Of a stretch of 64,000 nt of DNA, positions 49,333 to 60,620 are shown one piece after another. The DNA lies in contig MU053994.1 of assembly GCA_013239625.1 (NCBI GenBank), positions 1,181,775 to 1,245,774 of the forward strand, written 5' to 3'. Made by a program: the position numbers and the translations under genes. Position 1 is the stretch's first letter; every line of letters starts with the position of its first letter. Source of the stretch: Lama guanicoe (taxonomy: Eukaryota). Below the pieces are notes generated by a model. That model saw only the letters and a list, made by a program, of their open reading frames with translations, was not told where the DNA came from and did not search any database.

Positions 49333-51227
49333 GTGTCTGAAAGCACAGTGAAAGGGTAGCTCTTCAGGCCCCAGTCTCCCATAACCACCCCCTACTGCCT
49401 TTGTTCATCCTTTTATCTTTCAGTCTTATCCCTTTGTCTGTGTTTTGTACTCTCCATATTCAGAGCATTTCGTTTTAATGGCCTGTTGTACACAGCTTGT
49501 CCATGAGCTGTCAGGTCATGGCAGAAGCCTATTTAGACAAGTTGTCAGGTTGAACGGGAGAGGGAAAAAAATCCTAAATCAATGTGTTTTCACATGCAAT
49601 CACACGTGGGCTAATTTATCTGCAGCCGCGTTCTACCCTGCCAGTTTGGCATAAGGGTCCTCAGACAAGGGGGCTGCGAGTTCGCTGATTAACAGAGTGA
49701 TTTTTATTGGAAGAAGGACAACACAATTGTTTTATGGTAATTATCACCGTTTGAACCTGCGCACATGCTCATGGGGAAGATTAAAGGAAAGACTCTGTAC
49801 GGATGATGAAGCAACTCGAAACATGCACGGGCTAGAGGGCTAGAACTATTTAGAATATTCACGTTCTCTACCTTGTGAAAAGCCCCTGAGAGAGGACAGA
49901 TCGGCTAACTTTTTAAATAGTCCTTGTGCCTTATCTATGGGACTGAAAGCAAGTATGTTGCATTTCTAGAGCTGGGAAAACAGCAGGGTAGATTACTAGG
50001 ATGACTTGCTTGGAGATAACAGCCAAGTCCATTTCAAGGATAAGAACAGAGTCAGTCTTTCTGAAGGTGGTGAGCAAGGCCGTCAAACATCCTCCCTCAC
50101 ACTTCACCAAAACCAAACCAAAAAACAAAAAGCAGAACACACACACACAGAGGAGATATTTTTTAGAGAGTGTTGTGGCTATGGTGGTTTTCAACTTGGA
50201 ACATGCCACAAGCTACAAAACACTTCCCAGGTGACTCCAGCTGGGGAAAACACAGATTTTAGTATTTTCTTCTTTGATATTTGATAATTCTCTTTGCATC
50301 TTTGTCCATTTCCACTGTCATATCTGAGTTTAGGACAAGGACAGAGAGAGAGAAGTGTGTCACTGCAAGGCAAAACAGACAGCTGTAAAAATGGTTTGCT
50401 GACTGGAAATGGCAGTTTTAAAGTCTTGTGGTATATGATTAACTTAAAAGAATCTTACTCAAATTGTTAAGAACAAACACTTTTGGGTCTGCATTTGCAT
50501 CTGCGGCTAGATTTAGTAACACACGGTAATGGGGGCTCTGGCTTTTGGAGATCTCTCCACTTCTGCTACGTTCTCTGCTTTTTATTTTTTTACAAGGAAG
50601 AATCATTAAATGCTACGTCTCTTGTGGCTGCCGCAGGAGAGTGGAAGGGGAGGGGCATTTCTGACAATAATTTTTTTTAAGAAAACCTAGGTTCAGGAGT
50701 CAAAACAGCTGTCTTCCCCCCAATGAAGAAGAAAGATGAATGTCTGGGCTTTCTGGAACTACCATCTAGTCAAGAAATGCTTGCCCTAGAACAGAACTTT
50801 AGAAAGTTGAGCTGCTAAGAGCATTTTAGAGCCCACAACCAGGTTTCCATTCTGCTGCCATTTCTGGAATGCCTTAAGAAGACAGATTTCATAATTGAAA
50901 ATTAAAACATTTGACATGCAAATATAAGAGTTTATTTTCCGCCTTTGTAAGGCCACTGAATATTTTTGCTAAGGGAGAGAAAATCAATTCTCCATTAAAA
51001 GAAGATGCTCAATTTAAACAAGGCCCACTGTTTGTTTCGTAATTATGGACTTGGGAAGATGAAACTGGCAATGAAATATGAACCAGACCTCTCTCAGCTG
51101 TAGCTTCACACTTGAGCTGTTTTTCTTTCTTTTTTAATCGTTAGCTGGTTTCTCTCGATTTGTTCTAACTTTCTAGAAAACAGATTTTGGCCTCCATTTG
51201 GTTTTTCTCAGAATCACAAAAGATTAT

Positions 51228-51345
51228 TTATTTATTCACCAATTTATATGGTATAGCCAGTCAGTGTCAGGTACTGTGCTAGACACAGAAGCTAAAAGGC
51301 ACAGCCTTTGCTCTCAAATTTCACAGTCTAATGGAGGAGTGGACA
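51228..51345 (-). mobile_element. L2 3' terminus
   Basis: gtgtcaggtactgtgctagacac...ctctcaa..tcacagtctaatgg. Confidence 0.65.
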
Positions 51346-51384
51346 AAATGATAATTATTGGGCCAGGGGAGTTATGAGAGCCAG

Positions 51385-51600
51385 CACTTTGACAGGGCTT
51401 ACTTACTGTCTGCCAGCTACTAGTCTAAGTGCTTACATATATTGTCATTTAGCCCTTACAATAATCATGTGTGGTAGGTAACATTATTAGCTCCAGTTTT
51501 CACATGGGGAAACTAAGAGGCACAGAGAGGTGGTTATTTGCCAAAAATCACACAGCTAGGAAGTGTCAGAGCTAGAATTCAAACCCAGGCAGTTTCAAAT
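51385..51600 (-). mobile_element. MIR SINE
   Basis: ggaaactaagaggcacagagagg...ttgccaaaaatcacacagctaggaagt...attcaaacccaggcag. Confidence 0.85.
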
Positions 51601-51854
51601 GTGTGCTCTTCCGTTTCATACTGGATGTTGGGTGGGATTGATGTGAGCTTGGAATGGGAAAGGGTCAAGGAAAGCTCTCCAGAAGACATAACGGCCTCAA
51701 GAATGCTTCCATTGGCTATATGAGGATGAATATGCATGGAAATCTAATCCGTGTGCAAGGCAGAAAGCTGAGGGTAAGGAGAGAGAGAGATCTTCCAGGA
51801 CACGACTTCATGGAAGAAGGATCCACACTGACCTAGGATGGCAATGCTGTAGGC

Positions 51855-52140
51855 CAGTATTTCCAGAGCTGTTGTCTTGGAACCTTAGTGCTCTCTGAGA
51901 CAACAATGGGCAGTCTGCCAAATAGGGTTCTAGGATCAGATAAGTTTGAGAAACATTTGGTTCAACAAAGGAAAATGGGTTTCTTTACTTCAGATTTGCC
52001 AGACCCTTTAACACACTCACGTACACTGAGAAACTCCAAGAGGGGAATAAAATTTGAGTACAGATTCTTCCTTCATACAAAGCCCTACAAAAATCTCGTA
52101 GAACAAGAGGGTCCTAGAGAACACAGTCTGTGAAATGATA
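51855..52140. mobile_element. hAT-Charlie MITE (MER103/MER113-like)
   Basis: cagtatttcc...tcagataagtttgagaaac...gtttctttact...ctccaagagggg...gaacacagtctgtgaaatg. Confidence 0.65.
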
Positions 52141-52689
52141 TCTTCCAGGAGGCTTGGAGGGGCTTAGGCTGGCTGAAACTCTGAGGCCTGATCTGCCCCT
52201 TGACTGGATGGTAAAAGAAGCCCTACATCTGGTAGTGGGTGGCAGGTGGTAGGTTTGGTGTTTAGTGTGTTTTATTTTGTCAGTGACCCAGCTTGCATCT
52301 AATTACTTGAGCCCTTTCCCTACTCCCTGCTCCTTTGGTCCCTGGTTTCCTCCTCAAGGTTGTAGACTGCTTTAGTTCACCTGCCAGGACCTGTGAAGCC
52401 AGCCTGTTCCTCCAGCAGAAGCTGACTTTAATGAACCTGGCCTTTGAACACGAGGAACCTGTTAGCCTTAACCTTCAAGTTGGCTTAGCTTCTCCTGCTA
52501 GTTTTTCCTAACCAAACCTGCCCTGTCCCTCCCCTTCTCTTCCTCCTTTCCTCTCTCCCTCCCTCCCTGCATTAACATTGCTTTTTGTCATTATGTATTT
52601 TTTAATCAAAACATACTGTAAGTACTACTATCTTTTGGTGTCTTTGGATTTTTTGATATTGAAAGGGGGTTCTTTATCCCGCCTAAACC

Positions 52690-52905
52690 TCAGGCTTTGC
52701 AGTCAGCCAAACTTGGGTTCAAATTCCACTTCTGTCGTATATTAGCTGCCATATATTTGGGCAAGTTGCATAACTTTGAAAAGCTTAATTTCCTTACCTA
52801 AAAGGGGAATCACCATACCTGCTTCATGGGTTCCCGTGGAGATTAAATGAGGTAATAAATGTAAATCATCTAACAAGTTGCATGGTTGCTCAATAAGTAA
52901 TTATT
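52690..52905 (+). mobile_element. MIR SINE
   Basis: ggctttgcagtcag...tgggttcaaattcc...ttgggcaagtt...gattaaatgag. Confidence 0.8.
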
Positions 52906-53119
52906 GATGTTGTCATGAAAAAATAGAAAGAAGGTGAAGGGGGAGGAGAGTGACAAAAAGGCATTAGTCATGAGCTAGTTAGGAGATAGGGATACCAAGG
53001 GAGATTAAAAACAGCTTTCTTGGCCTTTACATGGCTTCCACTGTGTCTTTGACTCTTCTGAGGTTTAGCATAAACTCATTAACTGAAAGAACAAGCAACA
53101 CACTGCCAAGTGTGCTGGC

Positions 53120-53460
53120 CAGTGCTAGGAGATACTTGTGTTTTGGCTACCCCGCATCTGAGCCCCCTTTCTATGTTCCTGGATGGAGTTTGGTGGGAGG
53201 CCAGGAGGTAGGCGGCATCCATTGTTTAGTGGTGACCTCCAGTGACTGGCAGCATTCAGAGGCTGCAGTGCCTGGGATTCTTTAACCAGGCTGGTCTTGC
53301 TACACGACCCTATATGTGCTGGTGGCCACCAGCTTCTTTTACTCATCTTCTTGCTTTTTTGTTTTGTCTATGAACTAGTCAATACCCTACCAGCAAATTC
53401 TTCTTCAACTTCAATTCTCTAGGGTCAGTTTCTGGGGTTTGGAACCAAGAGGGCTGTGGT
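53120..53460 (+). mobile_element. MaLR LTR (MLT1-like), degenerate
   Basis: End motif aaattcttctt...tagggtcagtttctg...aaccaagag. Confidence 0.45.
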
Positions 53461-54884
53461 ACACCTATGATGTAGACTCCAGCTCCTCTGGCTCATCTTA
53501 GATGTTCAGGCACCAGCTTTGATGGCCAAACCAGAAACCTTCTGCACAGCCCTGTTTACATTGCAGAGATTTTGTGAACAACATTCTCTCCCAGTTCCAC
53601 GGTCTGTCTGCCAGTGTGGTTGGTGGCAGAAACCCCATCACATCATGTTTCTTTTCTCTTCCTCCATATCTGACTGTTTCTAGCTGACATGGGGTGGGGG
53701 TGGGGGGCAGCGGAGGAATAAGTTCAAAGGCTGCCTAGGGCAATATGTAGCAAGATTCTCACTGGTGGCTCTGTTCTGCTGCTGAGTTATCTTTATAGGT
53801 TCACTTCAGTGCAGAGATGACAGCAGTGCAACCCCTGCGTGGGGTGGGAGATAATGTTGGCTCTCATTACTCTGTCCTCTCCTCCCTCCCTACACGTTTT
53901 ACCCCAGGAATCAGCCTTTCAGAATGACCTACGGATGTCCCACCCCAGCTCACACTGTTGTTGGTTGTGGGAAAGGACAAGGCAAGGGTGAGTGCTGCTC
54001 TAAAATCTCAGGCTCCCTGAACGTGCTCTACGGATCCCAGACGCCTGCAAAGCACTCTCGTTTTGTTTTCGCATTTCAGATGTTAATTATAAGGAAGAGA
54101 ATTAGGCATATAAAACAAATTACATTGGCAGCGTTTGCTTCACTCGTGCACCATGGGGCCCAGGCGCCCCTAATGAGATGTGACTACAGATCATCGTGCT
54201 TCCTGCAAACAGCCAATTGCTTCTAATGTGGCAGAGCCTTCCCTGTGTTGCCTGAGAATTAGCCACAGGTGTAGCATTTGACTTGGGTGAGCATCACCCA
54301 CCCAGGGAAGTGTGGTTAGGTCAACAGCAGGAAGAAGAATGGGGAGAGAGAAAGAGAGAGGCAGACATCCAAGGCTTTAGAGCTTCCTCAGAATTTACAT
54401 TAGCTGCTCCTCCTCCAACCCCTTCCGCCACCCCAAATAAATGCATAAGCCAAGAAAAAGCAGTGTATCTCTGTCCTTTCTATAGAAAGCAATTCTGCAG
54501 CTGCCACAAGATACAGGAAAAGAGTGGTGTTTTTTTAAAATCAGCATTTAATAATATTAATGTCCCTAGTGGAAAACAAACGTGCATTCTACCATGGGTC
54601 GAAAACTGTTTGTGGGCTAATTGGAAAACATTACTTAATGTTTTCCTTAATTAGAATTAATTACAAGACCCTAGTGAAGAAATAAGTCCATACGTGAGGT
54701 TCTAAGACCTCACACTGTGATGTGAAATTTCCCTAAGAAAGTTTGTCCTAAGAGAGAACCTCTGGCAACCTGTAGAATGTCTACCTAAATATCTGTCTTC
54801 CTTGTGAGTATGAATCTTCTAACAGTACTAAGATCAGCACAGGTAAAATTGACTTACTGTTTTTTTAAAAAAAAGGTGAAATAT

Positions 54885-55040
54885 GATACTGGATCTGAGG
54901 GGCCTACTTAGAGAAGGGATGTGACTTCTTGGGCCAACTAGCTACTAATGGTTATGGGATCTGGAACCTCAGTTCTTTCATCTGTAAACTGAAAGGGATG
55001 GACTAGAGTCCTCCAAAGGTCTTCAAGCTTGAACACTCTG
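54885..55040 (+). mobile_element. MIR/MIR3 SINE
   Basis: cctcagttctttcatctgtaaa...ggactag...aggtcttcaagct. Confidence 0.6.
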
Positions 55041-55361
55041 GGTTTCTCATTTCCTACCCCAAGATTTTGTCTTGAAATTGCTAACTGTGAGACAGCAGAA
55101 TTGGAAAAAAAAAGGCAAACTTTTTGAAATAGAGAGTGGAATAGTCCCAAAGAAGCTATTTTGATTGGCGTTTCAGCTTTGTTTAAGAATAGTCAATGTA
55201 TTTATCTATGAAAATTGATTTTTTTAAAGGAGCAACCCAGCAGTTCTTGAGCTAAGTCAAATGTGCAGTCCTTTGGGAACAACCAGTTAGCAGTTCCTGG
55301 CTGCATATTAGTTTGGATGAATCAAACTATGTGCATGTAGACACAACCATCATGTGCCTTA

Positions 55362-57672
55362 GGAGTCTCCCAAACCATGTTCTGAGGACTAGAAGTGTTC
55401 TGTGATCTATAAGAAGGGTGCAGTGCAAAAACTACTAGAACTAATAAAATAATTTGGCAAGGTAGCAGGATATAAGATTAATGTACAAAAATCAGTTGCA
55501 TTTCTTTACACTAATGATGAAGCAACAGGTAAAGAAGGTAAAGAAACAATCCCTTTTAAAGTAGCACCCAGAGTAATAAAATACCTAGGAATAAATCTAA
55601 CCAAGGTGGTGACAGACTATACGTGGAGAATTACAAAACATTGATTAAGGAAATTAAGGAAGACTTAAAAAAATGGAAAGATATCCCATGCTCCTGGATT
55701 GGAAGAATCAATATTGTTAAAATGGTCATACTGTCCAAGGCAATCTACAGACTTAATGCAATCCCTATCAAATTAGCCAGGACATATTTCACACAACTAG
55801 AACAAATCATATTAAAATTTATATGGAATCACAAAAGACCCAGAATTGCCAAAGCATTACTGAAGAAAAATAATGAGGCTGGAAGAATAACCCTCTCAGA
55901 CTTCAGGCAATACTACAGAGCTACAGTAATCAAAACAGCATGGTATTGGTATAAAAACAGACATACAGATCAGTGGAACAGCATAGAGAGCCCAGAAATG
56001 AACCCACAAACTTTGGTCAATTAATCTTTGACAAAGAAGGCAAAAACATACAATGGAATAAAGACACTCTTTTCAACAAATGGCATTGGGAAAACTGGAC
56101 AGCAGCATGTAAATCAATGAAGTTAGAATATTCCCTCACACCATACACAAAAATAAACTCAAAATGGCTTAAAGACTTAAACAGAAGACAAGACACAATA
56201 AATCTAGAAGAAAACAGACAAAACATTATCTGACATACATCTCAGCAACGTCTCCTAGGGCAGTCTACCCAAGCAATAGAAATAAAAGCAAGAATAAACA
56301 AATGGGACCTCATTAAACTTACAAGCTTTTGCACAGCAAAGGAAACCATAAGCAAAACAAAACGACAACCTATGTAATGGGAGAAAATATTTGCAAAAGA
56401 TGAGACTGACAAGGGCTTGGTTTCCAGAATATATAAACAGCTCATATGACTTAATAAGAAAAAAACAAACAGCCCAATCCAAAAGTGGACAGAAGACCTA
56501 AACAAGCAATTCTCCAGTGAAGACACACGAATGACCAATAGGCCCATGAAAAAATGCTCAATATCACTAATTATCAGAGAAATGCAAATCAAAACCACGA
56601 TGAGGTATCACCTCACACCGGTCAGAATGGCCATCATTCAAAAGTCCACAAATGCAAATGCTGGAGGGGCTGCGGAGAAAAGGGAACCCTCCTACACTGC
56701 TGGTGGGAATGCAGTTTGGTGCAGCCATTGTGGAAAACGGTATGGAGATTCCTCTAAAGACTAAAAACAGAACTTACCATATGACCCAGCAATCCCACTC
56801 CTGGGCATATATCCAGAGGAAACTTAATTCAAAAAGACACTTGCACCCCAATGTTCATAGCAGCACTATTTACAATAGCTGGGACATAGAAACAACCTAA
56901 ATGTCCATTGACAGATGACTGGATAAAGAAATTGTGGTATATTTATACAATGGAATACTACTCAGCCATAAAAATGATGAAATAATGCCATTTACAGCAA
57001 TATGGATGTCCCTGGAGAATGTCATTCTAAATGAAGTAAGCCAGAAAGAGAAAGAAAAATACCATATAATATCACTCATATGTGGAATCTAGAAAAAGAG
57101 AAGAAGGCAAATGAACTTATATATAAAACAGAAACAGACTGACAGCTATAGAATACAGATTTGTGGTTTCCAGGGGAGAGGGGAGTGGGAAGGGATAAAC
57201 TGGGAGTTTGAGATTTGCAGATACTGACTGGTATATATAAAATAGATAAACAAGTTTATACTGTATAGCGCAGGGAAATATATTCAATATCTTGTAATAG
57301 CTGATGGTGAAAAAGAATATGAAAATGAGTATATGTATATTCACGTGTGACTGAAGAATTGTGCTGTACACCAGAAATTGACACAACGTTGTAAACTGAC
57401 TATAGCTCAATAAGAAAAAAAAAAAAGATGGGTGCAGTGGAGAAGAGGGGAAGCCTATGGTTAAATAAGCTTTGGAAGTGCTGAATCATCAAATTAAGTT
57501 ATAGTTTTCTTCATAATAAGATCCTCAGAGTATCTGTCATGCCAGGGGCTTTGCGACTTTCCTGGAACATGCAGTTTGCAGGGTCTGATCTTATTTGACT
57601 TTTGAACCCCTTTTATGGGCACATGAGCAATTCATGAAAGACCAGTGTTCTGCAAAATTAACTTGAGAAATA
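55362..57672. mobile_element. MER103/MER113-like hAT MITE split by the L1 at 55426-57426
   Basis: Left arm tctcccaaa..tgttctgagga; right arm tggttaaataagcttt...cttatttgac..gaacccctttt...cagtgttctg. Confidence 0.5.
55426..57426 (+). mobile_element. 2-kb 5'-truncated young L1 (3' part of ORF2 plus 3' UTR), disabled
   Basis: Translations [53 protein letters not shown] and [18 protein letters not shown] are L1 ORF2, broken by stops and frameshifts; polyA tail; 15-bp TSD aagaagggtgcagtg (55411-55425) / aagatgggtgcagtg (57425-57439). Confidence 0.97.
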
Positions 57673-58540
57673 ACATGCTATACAATTAGAACAGGTTATT
57701 TCAGTATTTCAGCTGAAAGTCCAAGGAAAACAAGTATAGAAAAAGAATAAACTAGAAAAATACAGAAAAATGTGAACTTTGATCAGTTTCCATAGTGATA
57801 GGATTCAAATCAGTATAAGAATATAAGAATCAAAATAATTATTAAGTTAGATTAAGTGCAATCAAATGACTTCTTAAAAGTGGCAAATGCAAAACCCAAT
57901 GATATGTCAAATAAATTTGATTTCTTTAAAAGAGGTACAATTCTATTTTGCTCTTAGAAGATTTTCAAGTTCTATCATTTAGAGGGCTATATAAAAGATA
58001 GATGATTGATAGCGATTTTATTTTTCCATTTTTAGCTAGTAAATCAAAATCTATTCATGTAAAGAAGGAATCCTATTTTCTTTGTGCTAGGAAAACAGCG
58101 AGTAAATTTTTCAGTGTCATGAAGGGAATTGTGGATGTGATGTTCTTGTTATTAACGTGAATTAGATATGATATATCCAAAGAAAATCTGTTTTGTAAAT
58201 GACCATTAAATAAGGACTCCTCTAGAGAACAAAAACGACCTCTGGAGAGTGGCTAGCAAGACAGTAAATAAAGACGTAAGAATCAGAAGTTTCCAAAATA
58301 AGGTTATTTCTTATGTGCGTAGAAATTTATTTTTTTCCAAGAGTCACGAGATTATGTCCATCAGCAGAACAGATGCCTTAGGAAGAAATGTTTAAGTGAG
58401 TAAAAAATTTCATTCTAAGCATAAAGAGTTTGTGTACTTATTTGTTAGAAGTGCCATATAAAACTCAATTTATTATTTTTTATTTTGATTAACAATCTGT
58501 CTTTGTTCCTCTTTCTTCTTCCCTCTCCCCTGTTGCTTAG

Positions 58541-58565
58541 CACCCATTATCAGTAATGTTACAAG
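58541..58565 (+). other. Candidate 25-nt microexon
   Basis: gattaac branch-like site, ~40-nt polypyrimidine tract, tgc, ttag|CACCC...ACAAG|gtagaa. Confidence 0.3.
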
Positions 58566-59259
58566 GTAGAAAAAAAGGGATTAAAAAAGTACCATGGAAT
58601 AGTTTATCAGAAGGAGTACTTCTTGAATACACTGTAATTTTGCTCTCAAGTTTGAATTTTAAACCTTCACTGAGTGATTCTTTGTCTTCTGGGAAAAGGA
58701 GGTTTCCCTTCCTGGGTTGGTCGGAGCTCCCATCTGCCTTACACCAGACCATCCCTCATGGTAACTGCGACTATTATGCTTCTAGTTGAAAAGACACCGG
58801 ATTTATGCTGTACAGTATGGGCAAATGGGACACTGGCCTGTAAAGTTTGATTGATTGGATTTGCAGGAGGCAGTCTGAATGCCACACGAGGCGTGTGGCT
58901 GGTGTTCCCTAGCGCCTGCAGCAAGCTGCAGCAGGGGGCCTGAGCTGGGCCACTTCGGGTGGCCTGCACTTCTCAGCCTCCCTTAGCTTAGCTGTAGTGA
59001 CATAGGCCAGGGGCAGCACAAGCTGTTTGGGGCTGTGCACTAACCATGTATGACAGATACCTTTGCCACAGGCTCCTGCTTCCCAGCAGTAGAATCTTAA
59101 CTAGAAACGATGAGAAAACCACCCTCTACTCCAGAGGAGACTGCAGAGGTGAGGCCTGACTTGTATTTCATATGATAATGAAAGGATGGTTACATGCCAA
59201 CAGGATATTAAAACCATAAATACTATAAAAATGAGTTTGCAAACACTATTTCCTCAGAG

Positions 59260-59445
59260 AAATCTTTTCTTATGTCCCAGACTAGGTGAGGACCCTCTGT
59301 TATATAATGCTCTGAATTCCTCCTTTGTGGCACTCACTGGTGTTGTCATCATACATTAACCTATTATTTGAGGAATTATTTGTTTCTTACTGGTCCTCAA
59401 ATATTTAACGTTAATTCCATACGGGTAGAGACCCCTCTGTCTTTC
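59260..59445 (+). mobile_element. L2 fragment
   Basis: ttcctcagagaaatcttt...cccagactagg...ccctctgttatat..gctct. Confidence 0.55.
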
Positions 59446-59944
59446 TCCCTAAAAGGGCAAAATGTGATTGTAGCCCTTCTCACCCCTCCTTTCTGCTCCC
59501 CTCCTCTTCTCTTCATAAATAATTCAGTCCTAAAGTCATTAGGTGGGGCAGAACAGGAGAGGTATCCATGGTGGAAAGGGAAGAGGGTGTGGAGGCCTAC
59601 ACCTAGATGTTAGTGCCCTAGCACTGTAAGGAGGGCATCCACGCCCTCACACAGCCAAAGAATGGGCTCATTTAGCTTGTGTCCCATAACAGAAAACTCT
59701 TGGCCTACTCAGTCACTTTGGGAAGAGGGGAGAGGGCCATCAAATTATGAGTGCAATTAGACAAAACATCTGTTAGACTGATTTTTTTGTTGTTGTTTCA
59801 ACTAGTTCTTGTGGCATTGTAGAGACAGATCATTAGTTAATTTAGTTTGATGGCCAGTAGTGTCTGTGCTAATTGAATTTTTGACTGGATGTTTGGGAAT
59901 CATAAAAATATCTGTGTATTTGTGAGTGTGTGTATGTGTGATAT

Positions 59945-60100
59945 AATAGACCACAGCCTTTGAAATCAGACAGATTTGGCTTTAAGCTTTGGTTTCCTCA
60001 TTAATAAAATAAGATTGATGATAAATTTGCTTGTGGGGTTGTGGTGATTATATAAAATAGGCTGTCCATATTCATTGATTGTGGACTCTTGACATAAGAT
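59945..60100 (+). mobile_element. MIR SINE (degenerate)
   Basis: ctttgaaatcagacaga...ggtttcctcatt..taaaat...ggttgtggtgatta. Confidence 0.55.
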
Positions 60101-60109
60101 GCTTAAAGA

Positions 60110-60620
60110 CAGGGGTGTTTCATATTTTTTTGTGGCATGTACCACTTTGACAGTGTTGTGAAGCCAATGGATTCCTTCTCAAAAGAATTTTTACAATGCT
60201 TCAAAAGGACACAGAATTAAAAAGGGAACCAATTATATTAAAATATAGGCACCAAAATATTAGTAAATACATTTGTGATATAGTAATTTATGTGTTCTAT
60301 TGATATCCTCAATGGCAAGATCTAGTGGCAGATCCAATAATGACTATAATTTTGAGGCAGAGATGAGTGTAAATGATATATTGAGATATTCTGAACAACT
60401 ATAATGATACAAACGAATCTGTAGCATTTATTGGTAGCAAAGACACAGCTACTTCTAATAAAACTGTGGTCTGTTTCCTGTATTCATTAAACAAAGAAAA
60501 TGCTACATTTTCATTAGAAGTTAGCAAGTATAAAAATGTCAAACTTTTCCCATCTAAGTTCACAGGCCTCTGAATGCTACCATCAAATCTCTCCACAGAG
60601 CCCAGGTTAAAACCCCTACT
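60110..60620 (+). mobile_element. hAT-Charlie MITE, MER119-like (second copy)
   Basis: Collinear with 20708-21200: gtgaagccaatggattccttctc, aaccaattatatt, gcaagatctag, aagttcacagg...aggttaaaacccct. Confidence 0.75.

Noticed and set aside
49800..49895. C/D-box snoRNA-like pattern (atgatga ... ctga)
   Set aside because: No properly placed terminal stem and no rRNA/snRNA guide complementarity that I can recognise
55623..56900. L1 ORF2 as an intact CDS
   Set aside because: 5'-truncated and broken by in-frame stops and frameshifts
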